Assembly: GCA_029838215.1 (NCBI GenBank)
Contig: JALGVI010000006.1
Span: forward strand, 27,698 to 91,697
Direction: 5' to 3'
DNA: 64,000 nucleotides
Source: Candidatus Helarchaeota archaeon
GTDB lineage: Archaea; Asgardarchaeota; Lokiarchaeia; Helarchaeales; RDOG01
Shown: in pieces, positions 25,304-34,682 of the stretch
Numbering within the stretch: the stretch's first letter is position 1
Layout of the letters: the number at the start of each line of letters is the position of its first letter
Program-made: the position numbers and the translations under genes
Notes under the pieces: model-generated
The model's database searches: none
Told to the model about the DNA's origin: nothing
What the model saw: the letters and a program-made list of their open reading frames with translations, nothing else

Positions 25304-25879
25304 AAATATTCATGAGATTTTGTTTCTCAATATTGCTTTTATAAATCATTCATAAAAAAATTTGGTTTTCCTTTTAGTAAATTTGAGAAGATTTAAAAAG
25401 CGAAGGGTAAATAGAAAGCAGATTGAAAAATTTTTAAGACATATAGCTTCGCGTTTCGCTACTTGAAAGCATTTTGCCAGAGTATTAGGCTCTTTCTTTT
25501 TATAATCTTTTCAGCCCGCAATCTTGTCCATCGTTCATACAGTAATCTTCGATCAACTTTGCTTTGGTCAGTCCATTCTCAAAATATCGCTTCATTGGAC
25601 ATATTTAATAACAAAAACATTCTTTTTTTGGTTGTCATCAAGATCACAGAAATGAGCTCATTCAATGAAGAAAGAAAATATCTAAATTTAAAGATGAGGA
25701 AATCGGTCAAGTAAGAATCAAGCCACAGGACTAAGTTTCCAAGAAAAAACAACATGATAGATCTTCCAAAAGGATTTTAATAGGTTCTTAACATCTTTAG
25801 ATTCAGCGATTCACAAAGCAAGTAATTTCGAGTTCACGATTACTTGTAATTGATTTTATCACGGATGAAGGAAATTAAC

Positions 25880-26971
25880 ATGTCAGATCCTTATCAAAAA
25901 ATTGTTGAAAAATTGAATAAGATGGCACTTGGAGCACCAAAATCTCAGAAGTTCATCGAATATTTAAAGTTATATTTTAATGAAGGCGAAGCCGAGATTA
26001 TTTCGCATTTGGACAATCTCACGACGAGAACGTTAACGGCGAAAAAGGTTGCTAAATTGGCGGGAAAAGATCCCGAAGAAGTAAAGGAAATTTTAGAGAA
26101 TCTCGTGAAAAAAGGTGCTATTTTAAAGCAAGGAAATCGGTACTCTCTTCATGCCATTGTTGATTATTTTGACCTCCCACTTACGGTTCCTCCCGAGCAT
26201 GTTACAGAGCGCACGAAAAAAATGGCTCAACTCTCAGAGGATTTTTATAAAGAAGAATGGCACGATGAAGTTTTTTCATCTCAAAGACCGTTTCTACGGG
26301 TGATTCCAGTTGAAGAAAAGATACAAGCAGGACAAAAAGTAACGAATGCAGATGAGATCTCAGAACGATTGAAAAAAGCCACGCACATAACAAAGGTTCG
26401 TTGTCCTTGTCGTTCTCGCATGGAGTTGCTCGGTGAGAGGAAATGTAATTATCCACTCGAATCGTGTTTAATGCTCGATTTTCATGGCGAGAACTATACG
26501 GAATTGGGGCTCGGCACGCAATTATCCTATGATGAAGCAATGAAATGGCTTCGAGAAGCCACGGAAATGGGACTCGTTCATCTTGTCGAAAATTGTGATG
26601 AAGGACCATATTTTTTCATATGCTCTTGCTGTGAATGTTGTTGCATGGGTCTTCGCGGTTTGATGGAATTAAACCACCCTCGAGCAGTAGCCGCCGCTAA
26701 TTATCATGCCATCGTAAACCAAGAAACCTGCGCTCACTGCGATCCTGCATCATCTAAATCCTGCGTTTCGGTCTGTAAATTCGGTGCGGCAACTCAAGTG
26801 GATGGAAATATCGTGATCGATAAAGATAAATGCATGGGTTGTGGAGTATGTGCAGCCATTTGTCCTACAGAGTCAATCACGTTAAAAAGAATCGAACGAG
26901 AGAAGATTCCACCGAATCTAGCTTCACTATATGGGGAAATTTCACGAGAAAAAGGACGTCCCCTTATCTGA
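25880..26971 (+). CDS. Winged-HTH-like, Cys-rich core and ferredoxin-domain protein (paralog of 6195..7292)
   Basis: VRCPCRSR...C...C, CSCCECCCMGL, CMGCGVCAAICP, plus a non-canonical first motif CAHCDPASSKSCVSVC. ORF opens at 25850 (TTG); ATG 25865 or 25880 is more likely. Confidence 0.7.
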   Translation: MSDPYQKIVEKLNKMALGAPKSQKFIEYLKLYFNEGEAEIISHLDNLTTRTLTAKKVAKLAGKDPEEVKEILENLVKKGAILKQGNRYSLHAIVDYFDLPLTVPPEHVTERTKKMAQLSEDFYKEEWHDEVFSSQRPFLRVIPVEEKIQAGQKVTNADEISERLKKATHITKVRCPCRSRMELLGERKCNYPLESCLMLDFHGENYTELGLGTQLSYDEAMKWLREATEMGLVHLVENCDEGPYFFICSCCECCCMGLRGLMELNHPRAVAAANYHAIVNQETCAHCDPASSKSCVSVCKFGAATQVDGNIVIDKDKCMGCGVCAAICPTESITLKRIEREKIPPNLASLYGEISREKGRPLI

Positions 26972-27112
26972 TTTTTCATTAAAAGTAATTCTTTTCTCTT
27001 TTTCTTTACAAACAAAGAAAAATAAGATAATTTTAAATAAACGTAACCATTTTATTGACATGCTGACAATAATAGAATATAAATTGAAGGCAAGATTTTT
27101 GAGGTGAAAGTA

Positions 27113-27481
27113 ATGGATGATCAAGCAGAACAAAAAGACATTTTAACGAAAATCATTGATGGTACAACAAAAGCCATAGAAAGTGTCGTGAAGGGAACTC
27201 AAGAAGTGGTTGACAGCATCCTTGGAAAGGAAGGAGAGGAGCCTAGTGAAATAGGTAAATTCATTAAAGATACTCGGCAAAAAATTCGTGAATCTTTGGG
27301 ACTGGAAGGAGATGAACAGGGTGGTCTTAAAAAAATCATTGAAGACACCCGAAAGCGAATTCGAGAATCACTGGGTTTGGAAACAGAAGGAGAAGAATTG
27401 GATTTAACCAAGGTCTTCACGAAAATGAGAAATCGCGTTCGAGAACTTTTAGGAATGGAGCCACTTCCCGAAAGTGAATAA
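27113..27481 (+). CDS. Small acidic protein with three internal repeats
   Basis: TRQKIRESLGLE / TRKRIRESLGLE / MRNRVRELLGME repeats. ORF opens at GTG 27104. Confidence 0.45.
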   Translation: MDDQAEQKDILTKIIDGTTKAIESVVKGTQEVVDSILGKEGEEPSEIGKFIKDTRQKIRESLGLEGDEQGGLKKIIEDTRKRIRESLGLETEGEELDLTKVFTKMRNRVRELLGMEPLPESE

Positions 27482-27508
27482 AAAATCTTTATTTCTTTAT
27501 TTTTTTAA

Positions 27509-28810
27509 TCATACTCTTTGATAATTGACTCCTTTTTGTATTCCTTCAATTTTAAATAAGTCATCATCTTTGATTAAATCCTTGATGTATTCTAAATCAA
27601 ATTGAGCAAAGAAAATCGGTTCAAGCAAGTTCTCATCCTGTTTCCATTCCCGTGATAAGGAATTTCTCAAATCAGGACTGTTTAGGATTTGTTGACCAAT
27701 TTTAGTATTTTTGTAGAGCCTAAAATTAAAGTTAACGCCAACAGAATCTGGACGATGCGTCTTCAGGAAGTTGATCATGCGCTCTACTGACGACTTTGGC
27801 TCGTTTGGAAAACCAACTAATAAATCCAAAGCCAGCTTGATGCCTTGCTCCCTGCAACATTTAATGAAGAACTCTAGATCAGAATAATCGTATCCCGACA
27901 TCTTCTGTTCAGGTTCGTAGCTATCGACAGAACAGGTGATCAGGGACACCTTGGACATTTTTAACAGGCGGAATAGCTCTTCTGAGATGGGTGTTGGCTT
28001 CATGTATAGTGCCCACGTCATGTTGAAATCCCGCTTGACGAGTTCCTTGCAGAAATTAATTGAATAATCCAAATCAATGTTGAATTCACTATCGCAAGTA
28101 TGAAAACGATTATATCCTTGGCCGATTAAATGCTCGATCTCCTTTATGACCAAAGCTATCTCCTTGGGAAAATGCCCGGTTCCTGCTTCGACACAGTAAC
28201 TGCATTCGTGCGGACATCCTTTCTGAATTTCGATTCCTACGATTCCATCCTTGCCGATGTATCGGGCATAATCGAAATCCGTGCCTCTCAGGTGCACCAA
28301 TGCTTGTTTTGGAACACTTTGCCATCCAGAAATAATCTTAGGGATTGATTTTCCGTCTTGAAGGTCATCAAGCAATTTTAAGAGCGCAAATTCTCCGGGA
28401 CCCTTGATGCCAAAGTCTGCCCCCAAAAAAGATAGAATTTCATCAGGCATCGCGGTGAACCCCGATCCTCCTAAGACAATTGGAGCACCATTATTCTTCA
28501 AAACTTTAATGAGGTCTTTGATTTCGTCTAAAAAGAATTGATTATCATAACGAATGGCTGAATCAATATTTCTGATCGTGACTCCGATCAGGTCAAACTG
28601 GTGATTTTCCAGAGTTTTTTGAATGTCTTCTATTGGATCGTTGCTAAAACAGAGGTCCAACACTTTAACAATATGTCCAGCATCACGCAAGTACGTTAAT
28701 AAATACTCCAACCCTATGGGAATCACGGGGGGATTTTGGAACCGATTTGGATTGATAAGAAGTACGTTCATGGAATGCCCTTCGCCATCTTTTTTTCTTA
28801 AAATAACCAT
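27509..28810 (-). CDS. B12-binding-domain radical SAM enzyme
   Basis: GCPHECSYCVEAG (CxxxCxxC). The N-terminal MNVLLINPN...VLGGSGFT region is typical of a cobalamin-binding domain. The likely true start is ATG at 28771. Confidence 0.8.
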   Translation of the reverse strand: MVILRKKDGEGHSMNVLLINPNRFQNPPVIPIGLEYLLTYLRDAGHIVKVLDLCFSNDPIEDIQKTLENHQFDLIGVTIRNIDSAIRYDNQFFLDEIKDLIKVLKNNGAPIVLGGSGFTAMPDEILSFLGADFGIKGPGEFALLKLLDDLQDGKSIPKIISGWQSVPKQALVHLRGTDFDYARYIGKDGIVGIEIQKGCPHECSYCVEAGTGHFPKEIALVIKEIEHLIGQGYNRFHTCDSEFNIDLDYSINFCKELVKRDFNMTWALYMKPTPISEELFRLLKMSKVSLITCSVDSYEPEQKMSGYDYSDLEFFIKCCREQGIKLALDLLVGFPNEPKSSVERMINFLKTHRPDSVGVNFNFRLYKNTKIGQQILNSPDLRNSLSREWKQDENLLEPIFFAQFDLEYIKDLIKDDDLFKIEGIQKGVNYQRV

Positions 28811-29165
28811 CTTTCGATATATTTATCTTATCGAATGAAATAAATACTACTTATTTCTGTTCATCAATTTGAAATAAAAATAAGGAATAACTCCATGGTT
28901 ATGTAAATGAAGGATTTATAAAGATTTATAAATTTGAACCAAAGTCTTAATTGCATCAACTTCAGTTCCCCGATGAATACGGTACCAAAAGATCTCGTGG
29001 TTTCGTATCTTGAGAAGAATGCTGTAATGAAAGCCGCATGGGAACAGAACAAAGACAAACCATCATAAATCTAATATCAATCTCTAACCCATCTATTTCA
29101 TTTTTAAACAAGTTTTTTATATGAATGAATTCTTGTTTGAGTGAATAAAATCACGGTCAACGGAC

Positions 29166-29651
29166 TTGATAGAAATGAGATGTAACGAACTCTACAGCAA
29201 GGAAATGATTCGAAATGTGCCGGGTTGGAGTACAGCTCCCGTTCCTCTTTGTTTTGGTGGTGATTATAGGGCTTTGACATTTTGCTGTCATCCTGCGTAT
29301 CCGCTTACGTTTTCCTCACATTGCAAGAGAAAGAATGTATTGAGTTCACTTGGAATTACGGAAGAGGAATTTGTCAAGATAAAGGATGAATTTGCGGATG
29401 AATACGATTTATGGGATGATTCCGTTTGTTTTAAATCCTTGAGTTATTGTTGTATGCGCCGTGGCGGATGTCCTGGAAACCGTGATAGAGTCTTGATTCG
29501 AAAGTATGGAAATGGAACAGAACGGGGATTGACCGATGAGATACTTGAAAAGTATTTCAAGATGAAAAAAGAATTGGCAATTCGAATCTTGAAGAAGGCA
29601 CGCAGGCAAGATCTCGTGGAAGAATACATTAAAGAAATGGAAGGACCTTGA
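29166..29651 (+). CDS. Cys-rich hypothetical protein
   Basis: 161-aa ORF (TTG; ATG at 29175) with 10 Cys, including FCCHP and YCCMRRGGCPG. Family not recognised. Confidence 0.45.
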   Translation: MIEMRCNELYSKEMIRNVPGWSTAPVPLCFGGDYRALTFCCHPAYPLTFSSHCKRKNVLSSLGITEEEFVKIKDEFADEYDLWDDSVCFKSLSYCCMRRGGCPGNRDRVLIRKYGNGTERGLTDEILEKYFKMKKELAIRILKKARRQDLVEEYIKEMEGP

Positions 29652-29675
29652 TTTCACGATTTTATAATAAAAGAA

Positions 29676-30665
29676 TTAAAACTTGAACTTTGTCCCCACG
29701 CATGCATTGGTCGTGATTTCGGGCAAAGCATTATAGATCTTGATGAATTCATTTTCTCCGGTGCAGTGCATTGGAGCAATCACGGCAGGGTTTTCCTTTC
29801 GGAAGTACTCAATTGTTTTATTCATTCTTTCTTCACGCGCTTTGAACAAGTGAAAACCACCAATTGCAGCCAAAATTCGTGAAATTCCCGTGACTTTCTT
29901 GGCGTGGTCGAGGATGTTCAAGATTCCAACGTGTGCACAACCCGTCATGACAACGAGCCCTTCATCCCGGATGTTGACCATGAGTTGGACTTCCTCTTGA
30001 AAATCTGCAATGTCCCACTTTCCCGTTCTATTTGAGAGAAATTTATTCGCAATCTCAAAGTCATTTTTTCGCTCGACACCTGCCGTTGCATGGACACCAG
30101 GGAAGATTTCTGTCAAATTTGAAACGTGTTGAATAGTACAATTTCGGGCTTTGATTTTTTCAAGAACAGTAGCCATTGGAGGCATCTGTCTAATTTCTAC
30201 CAACGAAAACTCCCGTCGCATTTTCCGAAGAACTTTTTTATCAATCTCGCCTTCAGGCAAGTGAATCGTTTGGTCCTTGCTTGCATAATATGACGTGTCG
30301 ACTTGTTCATGAAGATAAATTGGGATGTCCGATACGTGATCGAGAACTTCTAGGATCGAACCCCAGTGGTCGAAATGCCCGTGTGAAATAACCAAAGCAT
30401 CAATGGAAGCAGGATCTATCATCAATTTATTCCAATTATGTAAGATGGAATGGTTAACGCTACCAGTATCAAATAAAACGTTGAATTCCTTACTAGCTTT
30501 TTTTATTTTAAGATATAAAGCAAGACCGTGTTCTCCCAAGCAATTTATGCCTGGTGGTAATTGTTCGACATGTTTCTCGGGTATTGAATATGAGAACATC
30601 GCATCCGCTTTATTATCCACGAGAACGAAAATCTCCAAGCCATCACAAGATTTAATAACCGCCAT
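29676..30665 (-). CDS. Metallo-beta-lactamase-fold protein
   Basis: VISHGHFDHWG (HxHxDH) and downstream His/Asp ligands (TGCAHVG, MHCTG). Confidence 0.75.
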   Translation of the reverse strand: MAVIKSCDGLEIFVLVDNKADAMFSYSIPEKHVEQLPPGINCLGEHGLALYLKIKKASKEFNVLFDTGSVNHSILHNWNKLMIDPASIDALVISHGHFDHWGSILEVLDHVSDIPIYLHEQVDTSYYASKDQTIHLPEGEIDKKVLRKMRREFSLVEIRQMPPMATVLEKIKARNCTIQHVSNLTEIFPGVHATAGVERKNDFEIANKFLSNRTGKWDIADFQEEVQLMVNIRDEGLVVMTGCAHVGILNILDHAKKVTGISRILAAIGGFHLFKAREERMNKTIEYFRKENPAVIAPMHCTGENEFIKIYNALPEITTNACVGTKFKF

Positions 30666-30830
30666 GAAATCCCTCTTGAAAAAGAGTATTTTGAATACAG
30701 GAAGTGAAACGGGCTTAAAAAGCTGTCTATTTCATGGTGGAAAGTGGAACATAACCTTGTAATACTCAGACGGGGAAATATTCGATTAAAACAATGGTAT
30801 TGAGAGATATTTTTTGGCTAAAAAAATCCT

Positions 30831-30842
30831 ATATTTATATTA
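30831..30842 (+). promoter_or_regulatory. TATA-box-like element upstream of the DtxR-family gene
   Basis: atatttatatta centred ~33 nt upstream of ATG 30869, implying a very short leader. Position only, no experimental support. Confidence 0.3.
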
Positions 30843-30868
30843 AGATGGTATAGCTATTGTGATTTAAG

Positions 30869-31417
30869 ATGTCAAAAAAGCTAAGTGAAGCATACGAGAA
30901 CTACTTGCAAGCAATTTACAGATTTTGTGCTGATCGTGAGGATTGCATAGTCAAAACTTCGGAATTAGCGGAGCATCTTAGAGTTAAGCCTCCGAGCGTT
31001 ACCGAAATGCTTGACAAACTGAAAAATGAAGGATATATTGTCTATAAAAAAAGAAAAGGTGTAAAATTAACAAAAAAAGGGAAAACTGTTGCCGAGAGAA
31101 TTTTACAAAGCCATCGCATTATAGAGTTATTTTTGCGTGATGTCTTGAGAATGGAAAACGTGCACGAACTCGCAGGTGAGTTGGAGCACCATATCACGCC
31201 TGAAATGTATAATGCAATTTGTGAGTTATTGGAACATCCGCGCATTAATGGCTCAACAGTATTGTATTTTAATTTAGACAGAGTTGAAGAATTAATTAAT
31301 GAGTTCACAGATGAAATCGTGAAGGAAGTGACTGACTCAGAAAATCAGCAAGTCATCTTTAAAATAAAAGAAAAATTCATTGAGAATTTAAGAAAGAAAG
31401 AAGAAAAGCTTCTTTAG
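30869..31417 (+). CDS. DtxR/MntR-family metal-dependent transcriptional regulator
   Basis: YENYLQAIY..., LAEHLRVKPPSVTEMLDKLKNEGYIVYKK (wHTH), AERILQSHRIIELFL, HHITPE. Confidence 0.8.
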   Translation: MSKKLSEAYENYLQAIYRFCADREDCIVKTSELAEHLRVKPPSVTEMLDKLKNEGYIVYKKRKGVKLTKKGKTVAERILQSHRIIELFLRDVLRMENVHELAGELEHHITPEMYNAICELLEHPRINGSTVLYFNLDRVEELINEFTDEIVKEVTDSENQQVIFKIKEKFIENLRKKEEKLL

Positions 31418-31458
31418 TGTTGGTATTTGCTTTTACACGAAATACTGGGTGAAAAAAG

Positions 31459-33264
31459 TTGCCGAAATTAACTGGTGGAGAGATTATTGCAGAATATTTG
31501 ATAAAGGAGAATATTCCTTACGTTTTTGCGATTCCAGGACATGGAAATTTAGGAATCATAGATGCTTTCAAGAGACATGAAGATAAAATCAAGGTCCTGC
31601 AGGTAAGACAAGAAATGAGCGGTGTTCACATGGCAGAAGGCTTTTACAGGGTAACAGGAATTCCTTTAGCCATGATAACATCGATTGGTCCGGGAGCAAT
31701 TAACACGGCAATCGGACTTGCCAATGCATTCGTTGACTCGATGCCAGTCCTTGTCATTACTGGAGACACTCACGTGCACATGCGTGGTGTTGGCGTGTTA
31801 CAGGAGATCGAGCGGAATTTAGATTCAAATTTACCGAGAGTTCTTGAGCCACTCGTAAAGCGATCCTGGCAAGTAGCAAAAGTGGAACAATTACCTAAAA
31901 TCATGCAAAGGGCATTCAACCAAATGCTCACGGGAAGAAGAGGACCAGTTCATGTTGACATGCCAATGGACGTGCAATGTGATGCGATAGACGTGGAAAT
32001 CCCCGAACCTCAAGCCCGTAAACCCAAAGGGCGTATGCGAGGGGATCCGAAAGAAATCGCAGAAGCCATTAAATTGTTGAAAAATTCTCAACGACCTGTT
32101 ATACTCGTAGGGGGAGGACTCGTTACATCGGGTGCTTTCGAAGAACTAAAAACGTTAGCAGAATTAATTGGTGCTCCGGTATTAAATACGATGATGGGAA
32201 TAGGTGCTTTTCCAGCAGATCATCCACTATATGGATGGGCTACGGGATCAAAAGGGACGACTGTTGGATTAAAACTTTCGGCTACGGCAGATGTTCTGTT
32301 AGCAATTGGTTGTAGATTTGCAGATGAAACGAGTTCTTCGTATAAACATGGCGTGAGTTTTGCAATTCCGCCTACAAAGTTAATTCAAATTGACATTGAT
32401 CCCACGGAGATGGGGAAGAATTATCCGGTTTCGATAGGTATTGTTGGCGACGCAAGGGCGATCTTGGAAGACATCATTGCGGGCCTTAGAAATCAAAATT
32501 ATAAAAAGGATTACGAAAGCACGGCATATTTTAGAGAGATCCAGCGGCTCAAAAAAGAGTGGAATGAATTTTTAAAAAATTGGGCAGATGATTCTAAGGT
32601 TCCTGTCATGATATCGGTCGTCTTGCGGGAGTTACGTGATTTTCTAAACCGTGATGCCGTAGTCATTACTTCATCAGGTAATACTCAAGCGCAAATTTTG
32701 CAGGAGTTTCCTTTTTATGAGCCAAATACTTGCATTACCACGGGAGGTTTCTCAACGATGGGTTACACGGTTCCTGCATCACTCGGTGTTAAGCTCGCCT
32801 TACCCGAAAAACAAGTTGTTGGCTTGTTAGGAGACGGTGATTTCATGATGACAATGCAAGAGCTAGCAACGGCTGTTCAATATGGGTTAAATGTCGTGTT
32901 TGTCGTTTGCAATAACTTTGGCTGGATCGCCATTACGGACTTGCAAAGAGCTGCCTATGGTGAAGACCACGATCACGCAACAGAGTTTAAAGATACGAGC
33001 GGAAAACCATATTCTCCAAATCTTGCACTCGCTGCAGAAGCATTTGGATGTCATGCAGAACGGATTTCAACGAAACAAGAGATTCAACCAGCTCTTAAAC
33101 GAGCTTTCGATTCAAACAAACCTGCCGTTATCGAAATTTTAACAAATCGGGAATTTCCGTTCACGGGAAGTCCTGCTCACGGATGGTGGGATGTACCGAG
33201 ACCAGCTTATCTCAAAAAACGGCGAGAAGAATATTTAATAGACAGAAAAGAAGAAAAACTATAA
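31459..33264 (+). CDS. Thiamine-pyrophosphate enzyme (acetolactate synthase large subunit / sulfoacetaldehyde acetyltransferase-like)
   Basis: 601 aa with a three-domain layout. TPP motif LLGDGDFMM...VVCNNFGW. TTG start. Confidence 0.85.
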   Translation: MPKLTGGEIIAEYLIKENIPYVFAIPGHGNLGIIDAFKRHEDKIKVLQVRQEMSGVHMAEGFYRVTGIPLAMITSIGPGAINTAIGLANAFVDSMPVLVITGDTHVHMRGVGVLQEIERNLDSNLPRVLEPLVKRSWQVAKVEQLPKIMQRAFNQMLTGRRGPVHVDMPMDVQCDAIDVEIPEPQARKPKGRMRGDPKEIAEAIKLLKNSQRPVILVGGGLVTSGAFEELKTLAELIGAPVLNTMMGIGAFPADHPLYGWATGSKGTTVGLKLSATADVLLAIGCRFADETSSSYKHGVSFAIPPTKLIQIDIDPTEMGKNYPVSIGIVGDARAILEDIIAGLRNQNYKKDYESTAYFREIQRLKKEWNEFLKNWADDSKVPVMISVVLRELRDFLNRDAVVITSSGNTQAQILQEFPFYEPNTCITTGGFSTMGYTVPASLGVKLALPEKQVVGLLGDGDFMMTMQELATAVQYGLNVVFVVCNNFGWIAITDLQRAAYGEDHDHATEFKDTSGKPYSPNLALAAEAFGCHAERISTKQEIQPALKRAFDSNKPAVIEILTNREFPFTGSPAHGWWDVPRPAYLKKRREEYLIDRKEEKL

Positions 33265-33268
33265 AATT

Positions 33269-33949
33269 CTACAACAAATCCTCGAGATCTTTTTTCAAGG
33301 ATTCAATGTCAGTTTTTAAATCCGTTTCAGTAGTTTCAGATTTCTCATCATCCACGTCGAGGTTATCTCGAAGTTCCGTCAGTTCTTTTTTCCATTCTTG
33401 GCGGCGTATTTTATCGGGTTTCTCCTTTTCTGCTTCGATCTCTTTCTTCAAGGCAAGAATACGTCGTTTTTCATCGTCTAATTTGGAAAGGATCTTTTTC
33501 TTTCTCTCTTCAAGTTCTTCCTTTTTTAATTGATGGATTGTTTCGTGTATTTGCTTTACACGAGATGTCAGTTTTTGTATGTTGTCATCACATAATTTAA
33601 TTAGGGCAGAATTTGTGGTTGATTCTCTAAAATTCTGATAGATTCCTATCGCATCTTGGTGTTTCTTGGCCGCCGCCGCAAAATCACCATTATCTTCTAA
33701 ATCGAAAGCATTTAATGTGACGGTTTTAGCAAGTTCTAAAAGTTTCTTCTTCAATGAAGTTATGTTCTTCTCACAAAAATCATACAAAGACGGTTTTTTA
33801 CGCGCATCTAGATGTTCCTGAAACTCTAGAAACAAGTTCATTGCTCGAGCATAATTAAAAGCCGCTTCAATGTAATTTTTTGTATTTTTAACGTGTTCAT
33901 CGCCATCCTTTACCAGTTGGGCAGCAATCTTAAGTACTTCAGCAGTCAA
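33269..33949 (-). CDS. Two MIT/TPR-like helical units followed by a charged coiled coil; hypothetical
   Basis: KDGDEHVKNTKNYIEAAFNYARAMNLFLEF and EDNGDFAAAAKKHQDAIGIYQNF units, then an E/K-rich heptad region. TTG start. Confidence 0.5.
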   Translation of the reverse strand: MTAEVLKIAAQLVKDGDEHVKNTKNYIEAAFNYARAMNLFLEFQEHLDARKKPSLYDFCEKNITSLKKKLLELAKTVTLNAFDLEDNGDFAAAAKKHQDAIGIYQNFRESTTNSALIKLCDDNIQKLTSRVKQIHETIHQLKKEELEERKKKILSKLDDEKRRILALKKEIEAEKEKPDKIRRQEWKKELTELRDNLDVDDEKSETTETDLKTDIESLKKDLEDLL

Positions 33950-34129
33950 TTTAGCTCACGACCATTTTCTCATTAAATTGTTTAGAAATTTTTGTTTTTG
34001 AGTTTTTGCTCAGAATTACAGATCATTAGGGATTCGATTCAACCAATAATGTTAAAAATGAAATTCTACCATTCAAAATTACTATCTTTAAAGAATTTTT
34101 AAAAAAATCATAAATGAGATCGATTTTTT

Positions 34130-34624
34130 ATGTCAGATATCTCAAGTACTCCAAAATTTTACCTACCGATTATTGGTGCTGGAATTGCACTCGGTTTCGG
34201 TTTTGGCTTGTTGATATGCGCCATTCTTATAAACGTATTAGGGGGATTTAGTTTCTCCGATATGAATACCATTATTGGAATTGTTTTCATTGTCCTGCTC
34301 GCAGGAGCTGGTCCGGTCTGGATAATCATTCTGTCAGTTGCTGGTTGGATCTTGCATGCCATTCTCGTGAAAAACACGGATTTTGAGAAGATACCCATGA
34401 TTTTTGGCATCGCTCTATTGGTGATCATTGCGGCACTAATGACAACCGGTTTCATCTTAAGTGCAAAGCCAATCTTAGATTATGTCACGATGATTACAAA
34501 TCCAGTGAATTCGGGAAAAGAGTGGTTGTTCGTTTTCTATATTGCAAATGTCGTCTTGGGACTTATTGCATCCAGTGCTCAGGCACTCGGCTTGATTGGG
34601 AGCATTCTTCTAATCAAATATTAA
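34130..34624 (+). CDS. Integral membrane protein (4-5 TM)
   Basis: 164 aa, almost entirely hydrophobic segments. Confidence 0.55.
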   Translation: MSDISSTPKFYLPIIGAGIALGFGFGLLICAILINVLGGFSFSDMNTIIGIVFIVLLAGAGPVWIIILSVAGWILHAILVKNTDFEKIPMIFGIALLVIIAALMTTGFILSAKPILDYVTMITNPVNSGKEWLFVFYIANVVLGLIASSAQALGLIGSILLIKY

Positions 34625-34633
34625 TTTTTTTTT
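34625..34633. terminator. Oligo-T tract (T9) between convergent genes
   Basis: ttttttttt immediately after the stop of 34130..34624. Confidence 0.35.
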
Positions 34634-34682
34634 GTATGTGTTTGTTTAAAAATCAGAGCTACAAAGGGAATTTGTTTGATTC

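Noticed and set aside
25500-25595. 31-codon minus-strand ORF (MKRYFENGLTKAKLIEDYCMNDGQDCGLKRL) that might be the remnant of an HTH/transposase N-terminus at the island edge
   Set aside because: Far too short to assign. No inverted repeats, integrase or transposase body nearby. Pure speculation without a database hit.
25463-25714. 83-aa ORF in the gap to the right of the island
   Set aside because: TTG start, no ribosome-binding site, low-complexity sequence and no motif. I treat the 546-nt region as non-coding.
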